From: Chloroflexota bacterium
Lineage (GTDB): Bacteria > Chloroflexota > Limnocylindria > Limnocylindrales > CSP1-4
Length of the DNA stretch: 64,000 nt
Reading direction: 5' to 3'
Assembly (NCBI GenBank): GCA_030446555.1
Contig: JAUJNA010000001.1
Coordinates: 238,634-302,633 of the forward strand
Positions 9,867-19,289 of the stretch are shown here, piece by piece (the stretch's first letter is position 1; each line of letters begins with the position of its first letter). Under the pieces are notes generated by a model that saw only the letters and a list, made by a program, of their open reading frames with translations, was not told the DNA's origin and ran no database searches. The position numbers and the translations under genes were made by a program.

Positions 9867-10706
9867 ATGTCGTTCATGGATCGGATGCCCGGCTGGGGCC
9901 TGGTGAAGGGGGTCGCCTTCGGCATGGCCCAGATGCTCCGACCCAAGGTCACCGTCCAGTACCCCGAGGTGGTGCAGGAGATCTCCCCGCGGCACCGAGG
10001 CAGGTTGCTGCTCCTCTACGACGAGTTCGGCACGCTCAAATGCGAGACCTGCTTCCAATGCGCCGCCGCCTGTCCCATCGAGTGCATCGACATGGGCGGC
10101 GTGGACACGAAGAGCCGGTTCTACCTGCACTGGGGACCGGCCGAGCAATACGCCGAGCGACGTGAGGACTCCGCGCTCAGGCGCTCCGGACGGCCGGTGC
10201 CCGACCGCAGCTTCTCGGCCTGGCAGGGTATCGATCTGGCCCCACTCCAGGCGATCATCGCCGAGGAGCAGTACAGCCCCCGTCGGATGCTGCGCATCCT
10301 GGAGCGGACCCAGGAGACCTACGGCAACCTGCCGGTCGCGGCGATCCAGCACATCAGCGCCACGACGGGTGCCTGGTACAGCGAGATCTACGGCATCGCC
10401 ACGAGCTATCCCCATCTCCGCTTCGAGCCGGCGGCGAGTCACGAGATCGCGGTCTGCCGTTGCGCCGTCTGCTCGATGGCTGGTGCCGGCCGCATCCTCG
10501 CCGCTCTCGTCGACGCGCTGGGGACGGACCTTGACGGCGTCAGCCCGGACGGCCGCGTGCGGCTCACGAGGGCGGACTGCGGCGGCGAGGGAGGTCCTCT
10601 CGTCCTCGTCGACGGGCATCCTCAGTCGAGCATGACGCCTTTGCGGGCCACCGAGATCGCCGCCCACCTGCGGACGGGTCACCTACCCGCTGGTCCGCCG
10701 GCCTGA
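9867..10706 (+). CDS. NuoI-like (single [4Fe-4S] motif) fused to NuoE-like thioredoxin-fold [2Fe-2S] domain
   Basis: ATG at 9867 preceded by GGAGG. The N-terminal 100 aa are NuoI-like (…KVTVQYPEVVQEISPRHRGRLLLLYDEFGTLKCETCFQCAAACPIECI…) but carry only one CxxCxxCxxxCP motif. The C-terminal 150 aa are NuoE/24-kDa-like (…RMLRILERTQETYGNLPVAAIQHISATTGAWYSEIYGIATSYPHLRF…EIAVCRCAVCSMAGAGRILAALVDALG…VRLTRADCGGEGGPLVLVDG…). No cysteine codons occur in any frame across the junction (10100-10260). Confidence 0.8.
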   Translation: MSFMDRMPGWGLVKGVAFGMAQMLRPKVTVQYPEVVQEISPRHRGRLLLLYDEFGTLKCETCFQCAAACPIECIDMGGVDTKSRFYLHWGPAEQYAERREDSALRRSGRPVPDRSFSAWQGIDLAPLQAIIAEEQYSPRRMLRILERTQETYGNLPVAAIQHISATTGAWYSEIYGIATSYPHLRFEPAASHEIAVCRCAVCSMAGAGRILAALVDALGTDLDGVSPDGRVRLTRADCGGEGGPLVLVDGHPQSSMTPLRATEIAAHLRTGHLPAGPPA

Positions 10707-10708
10707 AC

Positions 10709-12029
10709 ATGCGCATCCTTCCCCTCGGCCGACGGGTGGCCGACGATGCTGCTGTCGCGCTCCGCGGATGGTGCGCCGGAGCCCACGCTCGCCTCAACCG
10801 CGGCACAGGGCGGCTGGGCCGCATGGCGCCGCGCTGCATCACCCGGATGAGTCCGGAAGAGGTCACCCGCCTCGTCCACGAGTCGGGCCTGCGCGGCCGG
10901 GGCGGCGCCGGCTACCCCACGGGTCAGAAGTGGCGAGCGTGCGCCGCTCGACCCGATGCCGTGCGCTACGCCGTCGCCAACGGGTTCGAGGCCGACCCCG
11001 GAGCGCAGCTGGACCGGACGCTCATGGAGCGGGACCCGCACGCCGTCTTGGAGGGCCTGGCCCTGGCGGCCTATGCCGTGCGTGCCCACCAGGCGTACCT
11101 GGCGGTCAAGGCATCGAGCACGCTCGCCGTGCGCCGGCTGCGCGACGCCCTTCGAGAGGCCGAGGCAGGGCGCTACCTGGGCACGGACATCCTGGGCTCC
11201 GGGTATGACCTGCACGTGGAGATCCGCGAGCTTGCCGGCTCGTTCGTCCTTGGCGAGGAGACCGTGCTGCTCAGAGCGCTCGAGAACAAGCGGGCCCAGC
11301 CCGACCAGCGGCCGCCGTGGCCGGCCGAGCGCGGTCTCTTCGACAAGCCCACCGTGGTCAACAACGTCGAGACCCTCGCCGCGGTGCCCGGCATCGTGGG
11401 CGACGGCGGGACGGCCTTCGGAGGGAGCGGCCTCCCGTCGGCACCCGGCACCACCCTCGTCCAGGTCAGTGGCGCGGTGCATCGACCCGGTATCGCCGAG
11501 GTCCCCATGGGCACCCCTGGCCCAGGTGCTGAGCCTGGCAGGCCTGTCGGAGGCGCCCAAGGCGGTGCTCGTCGGTGGTCCCTCGGGCGGCTTCCTGCCG
11601 CCAGGCGAGCTGGACGCGCCCATCGAGCCGGCGTCGCTCGCCGAGCGCGGTGCGGTCTGGGGCTCGGGGACGGTGGTCGTCGCGGATGCGCGGACGTGCA
11701 TCGTCGACATGGCCAGCCTCATGACGCGCTACCTGAACGACGAGGCATGCGGCAAGACGATCCCGTGCCGCATCGGCCTACGCCGCCTCGCCGAGATCGC
11801 GGAGCGCTTCACCGACGGTCGCCCCCGGCCCACCGACGCGCAGCTCGTGGACGACCTCGCCTCCGACACCCGGGACGGTGCGCTGTGTGCCCTGGAATCG
11901 ACCGCCACGAACCCGCTCCTGAGCGGGATGCGATACTTCATGCCCGAGTTCGAGGACCACATCATCCGGGGCCATTGCCCGGCCGGTGTCTGCCAGCCCC
12001 TCCGCGTGGCGGCCGGAGCCACTCGATGA
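10709..12029 (+). CDS. nuoF: NADH-quinone oxidoreductase subunit F (51-kDa, FMN/NADH-binding; apparent frameshift near 11515)
   Basis: ATG 2 nt after the nuoI/E stop. N-part in frame 2 (…SGLRGRGGAGYPTGQKW…FEADPGAQLDRTLMERDPHAVLEGLALAAYAV…LGEETVLLRALENKRAQPDQRPP…TVVNNVETLAAVPGIVGDGGTAF…VSGAVHRPGIAEVPMGTP). C-part in frame 0 (ORF 10956-12029: …LAQVLSLAGLSEAPKAVLVGGPSGGFLP…DEACGKTIPCRIGLRRLAEIAERF…CALESTATNPLLSGMRYF…). Confidence 0.85.
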
Positions 12030-12075
12030 CGCCCATGCCGGGGAGCGACTCGCACTCCAGGAGCCGCCGCGTCCG

Positions 12076-14687
12076 ATGACCGACACCCTGCCCCAGATCC
12101 GCGACGCGGCTCCCGACACGGTGGTGGAGCGCCTGCTCGAGACGCAGGCACCGCAGCGTCCGATGTCGGCACCCACGTTCACCGTCGAGATCGACGGACG
12201 GCAGCTGACCGGGCGCGTGGGCCAGACCATCCTGGAGATCTGCCGTGACAACGGGATCGAGGTCCCGACCCTCTGCTACGAGCCGAAGCTGCCGGGCTTC
12301 GGAGCGTGCCGCATGTGCGTGGTGGAGGTGGATGGAGAAGGCCAGCCGCCCATCAGCTGCTCGCGGGCCGCGGAGGCCGGCATGGTGGTCCGCACGCAGA
12401 CGCCGCGCCTTCGCCAGGTCCGCAAGACGAACCTGGAGCTCATCTTCAGCGACCACAACGCCTACTGCCTGCCGCCCTGCCAGAACAAGTGCCCCAGCCA
12501 TATCGACATCCCGGGCTTCCTCAAGGCGAACACCGAGGGTGACCCGCGCGAATCGACGCGCATCTTCAAGCGCACCATCCCTTTCCCAGCGTGCTGGGCC
12601 GGGTCTGCCCGGCTCCGTGCGAGGAGCATTGCCGCCGCGACGAGGTCGACGAGGCGATCGCCATCCGCGACAGCCACCGCTGGGCGGGTGACCAGGTCCT
12701 GAAGGCCCAGGCACGGGGAGAGCGAGCGCCCGTGCCGTTCGACGTGCAGCCGCCGTCGGGCAAGCGGGTGGCGGTCATCGGCTCGGGACCGGCCGGCATG
12801 TCGGCGGCGTACTACCTGGCCATCGCCGGCCACGGCGTCACGGTCTTCGAGCGCGACCCGGCGCCCGGCGGCATGCTGCGCTACGGCATCCCGCAGTACC
12901 GCCTGCCCAAGGTCGAGGTGCTCGAGGCCGAGTACCAGGGAGTGTGGGATCTCGGCGTCAAGGTCGTCACCGACGCGGCCCTGGGACGCGACTTCACGCT
13001 GGACGACCTGCAGAACCAGGGCTTCGACGCGGTGTGCGTGGCCATCGGCTGCTACGACACGAACAAGCTGGGAGTGCCGGGCGAGGAGGCCGTGGGCGTC
13101 CTGGACGGCCTCGAGTATCTCCGTGTCGCGACCCTCGGCCTGCCCTTCCCGGGCCACGCCGGGACACGGGTGGTCGTCATCGGTGGCGGCTTCACCTCGA
13201 TGGACTGCACCCGCACCTCGGTCCGCCAGGGTGCCGCCGAGGTGACGCTGGTCTACCGCCGCGACATGAAGGACATGCCGGCCGCCAACGAGGTCCACGA
13301 GGCGCTCGAGGAGGGCGCCCGGGCCATCTTCCAGGCGGCTCCCACGCGCGTCATCACCGATGACCAGGACCGCGTGACGGGCGTCGAGTTCCAGCGCATG
13401 CGCCTGGGCGAGCCCGACGCGTCGGGTCGGCGACGCCCCGAGCCCGTGGCCGGCACCGAGTTCGTCATCGAGTGCGACCGCGTCCTGCTCGCCATCGGCC
13501 AGGGCCCCGACCTGACCTGGCTGGACCGCGGCGCGAGCGGCGTCAGCGCCACGAAGAACAGGCGCCTGGCGGCCGATGCGGTCACCTTCACGACCGGTCG
13601 CCCAGGGGTCTTCGGCACGGGCGACGTGCGCATCGGTGCCGCCACCGTGGTCCAGGCCAATGCCGAGGGCCGCCGCGCCGCCTACGCCATCGATGCCTAT
13701 CTCCAGGGTCAGGACCTCGACGCCATCAGGACCCGTCAGACCTTGGCTGAGCCGCAGCCCGAGTTCCTCTCGATCGTGCCCTACACGGGCGAGGTGAAGG
13801 AGCCGCGCTACCGCCTCAAGGCGATGGGCGCCGAGGACCGCAACCGCAGCTACGTCGAGTACGAGATCCCCTACACGCAGCAGGAGGCGATGGCCGAGTC
13901 GGCGCGCTGCCTCCAGTGCACCTGCGAAGCGATCGGGTACTGCGACCTGCGGCGCCAGGGCATCGAGTACGGGACCACGCTGAAGACCCTCGAGCCGCAG
14001 GCGCGTGGCGCCTTCAGCTACCGCAGCGTGTCCGAGAACCGCTTCACCGGCACGAACCACGACTACATCCGCGACGACAGCCACGCCTTCATCCTGCGCG
14101 AGCCGTCGCGCTGCATCGACTGTGGTCGCTGCGCCAACGTGTGCAAGGAGATCGTGGGCGCGGCCTGCTACGACTTCATGCGCACCGGGTTCGACACACT
14201 GGTCACGACGCCGCTCGACATGAGCCTCAACACCACGCCCTGTGTCTCCTGCGGCCGCTGCGCGGAGACGTGTCCCACCGGAGCGCTCATGCCCAAGCCG
14301 CGCGTGCTCGAGAAGTACGACGTGGACGAGACGCGCTGCATCCTGTGCGGCATCTGCGTCGACGCCTGTCCCTACGACGCCCTGCGCTGCGGCCCCGACT
14401 TCGAGCTCAGCCACGAGAGCCGAGCCGAGCCGATGATCGACCTGATGGCCATCAGCGCCATCGACCGGGACACCGAGATCACCTACGTGCGCCGGGAGCG
14501 TGACTGGCTGGAGCGCGCCCAGGCGTCGGGACGCGGACTGCCCGCCGGCCGGTTCCTGCCGGTGCTCCCGGCCACGTCGCAGGCCGGCAACGGCCACACG
14601 CACTCCAACGGACACGGCGCGGCTCACGGCGGCACGGGTGGCCACGGTCCCGGTGGGACCGGCGGTCCCGTCACGCACGGCCCCTAG
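12076..14687 (+). CDS. [2Fe-2S] ferredoxin / GltD-like FAD-NAD(P)H oxidoreductase / 2x[4Fe-4S] ferredoxin fusion, occupying the NuoG position (apparent frameshift near 12586)
   Basis: The N-terminus is a NuoG/HoxU-like 2Fe-2S domain ([52 protein letters not shown]). Next comes the GltD N-terminal cluster motif ([19 protein letters not shown] … [12 protein letters not shown], split between frames 1 and 0 at a C homopolymer). Then the glutamate-synthase-small-subunit core ([48 protein letters not shown]…) and C-terminal CxxCxxCxxxC(P) motifs ([35 protein letters not shown]). The molybdopterin-fold of NuoG is absent. Confidence 0.8.
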
Positions 14688-14701
14688 TCGGCCTCGGCCG
14701 C

Positions 14702-15379
14702 GTGGCTCTTCCTCAGACGATCCCGTTCCTGGGCTGGTCCTGGGACGACTTGATCTTCCTCGTCCTGGCAGGTCTGATGCTGGGCGGAGCGGTGATGGTC
14801 GTCATCGGGCGCAACATCATCCGCTCGGGTCTCTTCATGATCCTCTCGTTCGCGGCCCTGGCCGGCTTCTACGTGCTCCTGGGGGCACCCATCGTGGCCG
14901 CGGCACAGGTCCTCATCTACATCGGCGCCATCAGCGTGCTCATCCTCTTCGCCATCATGCTCACGCAGTCGAAGGCAGGTCCCTCGCGTCTCGTCTTCCA
15001 TCACCAGGCCTGGGCCGGTGCGATCGCCGCCATCGGGCTTGCGTCGCTCCTCGTGCTCGTGGTCCTCTCCACCGACTGGCCGGCGCAGGTGGGACAGGGC
15101 ACGGCGGCCGGCACGACCGCCGTCGCGCAGCTGCTCTTCTCGGAGTACGTGCTCGCGTTCGAGGTCGTGAGCGTCCTGCTTCTCGCCGCGGTGATCGGCG
15201 GCGTCTTCCTGGCCAAGCGCGAGGAGTCGCTCGACCCCGGCGAGCGGGCAGGCGACGAGCCCACGCTGGGACGCAACCAGTCACCACCCGTGCAGGCCGA
15301 CGGCCGTCCGTCCGCTTCGACTCCTCGGCAGGTCAGCGGGTCGGCGCGCTCCACGACCGCGATCTCGGAGCGGCCATGA
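14702..15379 (+). CDS. nuoJ: NADH-quinone oxidoreductase subunit J (with low-complexity C-terminal extension)
   Basis: GTG at 14702. NuoJ/ND6-like core (…[20 protein letters not shown]…). The C-terminal 60 aa are Pro/Ser/Arg-rich. The stop overlaps the nuoK start (ATGA). Confidence 0.8.
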   Translation: MALPQTIPFLGWSWDDLIFLVLAGLMLGGAVMVVIGRNIIRSGLFMILSFAALAGFYVLLGAPIVAAAQVLIYIGAISVLILFAIMLTQSKAGPSRLVFHHQAWAGAIAAIGLASLLVLVVLSTDWPAQVGQGTAAGTTAVAQLLFSEYVLAFEVVSVLLLAAVIGGVFLAKREESLDPGERAGDEPTLGRNQSPPVQADGRPSASTPRQVSGSARSTTAISERP

Positions 15380-15687
15380 CCCAGTCGCTGGACGCCTACC
15401 TGATCCTGGCCAGTCTCCTCTTCACGATCGGCACGTTCGGCTTCCTCGCCAGACGGAACGCCATCGCCATGCTCATGTCCATCGAGCTCATGCTCAATGC
15501 CGTGAACCTGGCCATCGTGGCGTTCGGCGCGTACGTTCCCACGCTGGCCGAGGATGGCGCGCTGATCGCGCTCTTCGTCATGGCCGTGGCGGCGGCCGAG
15601 GCCACCGTGGGGCTGGCCATCATCATCGCCATCTACCGTAACCGGAGGACGCCGCTCGTCGACGAGTACGCGTCGATGCGCGAATGA
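15376..15687 (+). CDS. nuoK: NADH-quinone oxidoreductase subunit K
   Basis: 103 aa, [46 protein letters not shown]…, the NuoK/ND4L signature. Confidence 0.9.
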   Translation: MTQSLDAYLILASLLFTIGTFGFLARRNAIAMLMSIELMLNAVNLAIVAFGAYVPTLAEDGALIALFVMAVAAAEATVGLAIIIAIYRNRRTPLVDEYASMRE

Positions 15688-15756
15688 GGGCACGAACGTC
15701 GCGCGACCGGAGGACGACCCGCGTCGATCGACCTGCCGTGATGCGGGGATAAGAGG

Positions 15757-17763
15757 GTGCCCTTCTTCACCGAGGCGCCCGAGACGGTCGCGACCGCGGG
15801 TAGCTCGCTCGATCAGGCGCTCGTGCTGGCGCTCCTGGCGCTGCCGCTGGCCGGCTTCGGGCTGACGGCGCTCGTCGGGAGGCGGATGGGCGACAAGGCC
15901 TGGGCCATCGCCGTACCGGCCATCGTCCTCGTCTGGCTGGCCGCGCTGTACCTCATCTTCCAGACGCTGGTCGCGGGAGCGTACGGCGAGGCGGGCTTGC
16001 ACTTCCGCCTGTACGAGTGGATCCCGGCGGGCGACTTCACGGTCGAGGTGGACTTCGGCGTGGATGCCCTCACCGCGGTGATGCTCATCGTCGTCACGAC
16101 CGTGGGCATGCTCGTCCACGTCTACTCCATCGGCTACATGGCGCACGATCCCGGCCGATGGCGCTTCTTCGCCTATCTCAACTTCTTCATGTTCAGCATG
16201 CTCCTGCTGGTCCTGGCCGACAACTTCCTGCTGCTCTTCGTGGCATGGGAGCTCGTGGGGCTGTCGAGCTACCTGCTCATCGGATTCTGGTATCGCCGGC
16301 GCAGCGCGGCTCTGGCGGCCAAGAAGGCCTTCATCGTCAACCGTGCGGGCGACTTCGGCTTCGGGCTCGGGATCATGGCCATCTGGACGACCGTGGGCAC
16401 TCTGGACTACTCGGACGTGTTCCAGCTGCTGCCCGCTCAGGTGGAGAGCGGGGCCATCGAGGGTTGGCAGATGACCGGCATCTGCCTGCTCCTCTTCGCG
16501 GGCGCCATCGGCAAGAGCGCGCAGTTCCCGCTCCACGTCTGGCTGCCCGACGCGATGGAAGGGCCGACCCCGGTGAGCGCCCTCATCCACGCCGCCACGA
16601 TGGTCAACGCGGGGGTCTACCTCGTGGCACGCGCCAACCCACTCTTCGCGCAGTCGCCTGAGGCGCTGCTCGTCGTGGCGCTCGTCGGCACGTTCACCTG
16701 CGTCATGGCCGCCGCCATCGCGTTCACGCAGAAGGACATCAAGCGCGTGCTGGCGTACTCGACGCTGAGCCAGCTGGGATACATGTTCATGGCTCTGGGC
16801 GTGGGCGCCTTCGTGCCGGCCATCTTCCACCTCGTGACGCACGGCTTCTTCAAGGGTCTGCTCTTCCTTGGCTCGGGCTCCGTGATCCATGCGGTCCACG
16901 AGGAGCAGGACATGGATCGCATGGGTGGCCTCTGGCGCCGCATCGGCATCACCCACGTCACCATGCTCATCGGCTCGCTGGCCATCGCGGGCATCCCGCC
17001 GCTGGCGGGTTTCTTCAGCAAGGACGAGATCCTGGGAGAGTCATTCAAGCTCGGCTTCGGCTGGGTCTGGGCGATCGGCATCATCGTCGCGGTCATGACC
17101 GCGCTCTACATGTTCCGGCTGATGGGCAAGACCTTCTACGGGCCCAGCAACGTCGACCCGCACACCGAGCCCCGGATCCACGAGTCGCCCATCTCCATGA
17201 CCGGCCCACTCATGCTCCTGGCGGTGCCGTCCGTGCTGATCGGCTTTGCGCTGGGCTGGCCGCCCGAGAGCGGCCTCATCCACCAGTGGCTCGCGCCGGT
17301 GTTCCATCCGCTGGAGGAGGCGCTCCACCATGGCGCCGCCGACTATCAGCTGCTGGGCATCGATGGGTTCCTGCTGGGCGCGAGCGTCGCGGTCTCGGCG
17401 GTGGGCATGGTCGTCGCCTGGCGCCTCTTCGGCTTCCTCAGCACCATGGCGCCCCGCCCGGCGCTGGTCGCGAGCCTGACCGCCCGGCTCAACGGGCCGT
17501 ACCGCATCTCGCGCGACAAGTGGTACTTCGACGACCTGAACCACCTGCTCTTCGTGCGCGTCGGGGGAGCGGTCGCGCGCGCCCTCTGGTGGTTCGACGT
17601 CCACGTCATCGATGGCGCCGTGAACGGCGTCGCGTCGCTCACCCAGGGCACCGGTCACGGGCTGCGCCAGATCCAGACCGGCCGCGTCCAGAACTACGCC
17701 CTGGGCATCGCCGGCGGCCTGCTCGTCATCGCGGTGGGGTATCTCTTCATCGTGGCGCGCTGA
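15757..17763 (+). CDS. nuoL: NADH-quinone oxidoreductase subunit L
   Basis: 668-aa antiporter-like subunit (…WELVGLSSYLLIGFWYRRRSAALAAKKAFIVNRAGDFGF…) with the long C-terminal amphipathic helix region. GTG at 15757 preceded by AAGAGGG. Confidence 0.9.
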   Translation: MPFFTEAPETVATAGSSLDQALVLALLALPLAGFGLTALVGRRMGDKAWAIAVPAIVLVWLAALYLIFQTLVAGAYGEAGLHFRLYEWIPAGDFTVEVDFGVDALTAVMLIVVTTVGMLVHVYSIGYMAHDPGRWRFFAYLNFFMFSMLLLVLADNFLLLFVAWELVGLSSYLLIGFWYRRRSAALAAKKAFIVNRAGDFGFGLGIMAIWTTVGTLDYSDVFQLLPAQVESGAIEGWQMTGICLLLFAGAIGKSAQFPLHVWLPDAMEGPTPVSALIHAATMVNAGVYLVARANPLFAQSPEALLVVALVGTFTCVMAAAIAFTQKDIKRVLAYSTLSQLGYMFMALGVGAFVPAIFHLVTHGFFKGLLFLGSGSVIHAVHEEQDMDRMGGLWRRIGITHVTMLIGSLAIAGIPPLAGFFSKDEILGESFKLGFGWVWAIGIIVAVMTALYMFRLMGKTFYGPSNVDPHTEPRIHESPISMTGPLMLLAVPSVLIGFALGWPPESGLIHQWLAPVFHPLEEALHHGAADYQLLGIDGFLLGASVAVSAVGMVVAWRLFGFLSTMAPRPALVASLTARLNGPYRISRDKWYFDDLNHLLFVRVGGAVARALWWFDVHVIDGAVNGVASLTQGTGHGLRQIQTGRVQNYALGIAGGLLVIAVGYLFIVAR

Positions 17764-19289
17764 TGGACCTCGGCGGACTGCCCATCCTCAGCGCGGTCAT
17801 CTTCACGCCGCTCATCGGCGCGCTGCTCATCGCGCTCGTGCCGCGCGAGCGCGAGGATCTGACGCGCTGGCTGGCGCTCGGCACGGCGCTCGTCACCTTC
17901 GGGCTGTCGCTGCTCCTGCTGCCGGGATTCGACCCGACGGCGCCCGGCTTCCAGTACGTGGAGACGGCCGACTGGATCCCCGCCTTCGGCATCCAGTACA
18001 AGGTCGGCGTCGATGGCATGGCCCTGGTCCTGGTGCTGCTGACCACGACGCTGACGTGGATCAGCATCCTGGCCAGCTTCGGGCCCATCAGGTCGCGGCT
18101 GAAGGAGTACATGATCTCCTTCCTCATCCTCGAGGTGGGGATGATCGGCGTCTTCCTTGCCCTGGACCTCTTCCTCTTCTACATCTTCTGGGAGATGGTG
18201 CTGGTGCCGATGTACCTGATCATCGGCATCTGGGGCGGCGCGAACCGCATCTACGCCACGCTCAAGTTCGTGCTCTACACGCTGGTCGGCTCGCTGCTCA
18301 TGCTGGTGGCCATCCTGGCCGCGGCGTTCAGCTTCCAGTCGGCCACCGGCTCGTGGGCGGGCGCGTTCGACTTCGAGCAGCTGCGCGGATTCGGGTTCGA
18401 CCCGACGCTCCAGTTCTTCGCCTTCGGCGCCTTCTTCCTGGCATTCGCCATCAAGGTGCCCATGTTCCCCTTCCATACCTGGCTGCCTGACGCGCACGTG
18501 GAGGCACCGACCGCCGGGTCGGTCATCCTGGCCGGCGTCCTGCTCAAGCTGGGCGGCTATGGGATCATCCGGTTCTGCCTGCCGCTCTTCCCCGACGCGG
18601 CGCAGCAGTGGGCGCCGCTCCTCATCGTCCTGTCGCTCATCGCCATCATCTACGGCGCCATCGTGGCCATGGTCCAGCCCGACCTCAAGAAGCTGGTCGC
18701 GTACAGCTCGGTCAGCCACATGGGCTTCGTGACCCTGGGTATCTTCATCTTCCAGCCACAGGGGATGCAGGGCGCGATCCTCCAGATGGTCAACCATGGG
18801 ATCATCACCGGTGCCCTCTTCCTGTGCGTGGGCGTGCTCTACGAGCGGACGCACGATCGGTCGATCGCCCGGATGGGCGGCCTCGCGGCGTCCACCCCGG
18901 TCTACGCCGCCATCTTCGGCTTCTTCATGCTCGCCTCGCTCGGGCTCCCCGGGATGGCCGGCTTCGTGGGCGAGTTCCTGGTCCTGCTCGGCACCTTCGA
19001 CCACTCGCCGATCGCCGCGGCGGTCGCGTCGGTCGTCGTCATCCTCGCCGCCGGATACCTCATGTGGATGTACCAGCGAGTCGTCTTCGGCGAGCTGTCG
19101 GACTTCCTCAAGGGCGTGGGTCACCACCTGACCGACATGGACCGCCGGGAGCTGGTGACGCTGACGCCGCTGGTGGGCTTGACGCTCGTCTTGGGGGTCG
19201 CCCCCGCCCTCGTCCTGGACCTGATCCAGATGCCGGTCGGTGAGGTGCTCGCTCGCGTCGGGGGCTCCCTCGTGGGAGCGGCCCCATGA
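17763..19289 (+). CDS. nuoM: NADH-quinone oxidoreductase subunit M
   Basis: ATG at 17763 overlaps the nuoL stop. NuoM/ND4 motifs (…FPFHTWLPDAHVEAPTAGSVILAGVLLKLGGYG…). Confidence 0.9.
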   Translation: MDLGGLPILSAVIFTPLIGALLIALVPREREDLTRWLALGTALVTFGLSLLLLPGFDPTAPGFQYVETADWIPAFGIQYKVGVDGMALVLVLLTTTLTWISILASFGPIRSRLKEYMISFLILEVGMIGVFLALDLFLFYIFWEMVLVPMYLIIGIWGGANRIYATLKFVLYTLVGSLLMLVAILAAAFSFQSATGSWAGAFDFEQLRGFGFDPTLQFFAFGAFFLAFAIKVPMFPFHTWLPDAHVEAPTAGSVILAGVLLKLGGYGIIRFCLPLFPDAAQQWAPLLIVLSLIAIIYGAIVAMVQPDLKKLVAYSSVSHMGFVTLGIFIFQPQGMQGAILQMVNHGIITGALFLCVGVLYERTHDRSIARMGGLAASTPVYAAIFGFFMLASLGLPGMAGFVGEFLVLLGTFDHSPIAAAVASVVVILAAGYLMWMYQRVVFGELSDFLKGVGHHLTDMDRRELVTLTPLVGLTLVLGVAPALVLDLIQMPVGEVLARVGGSLVGAAP

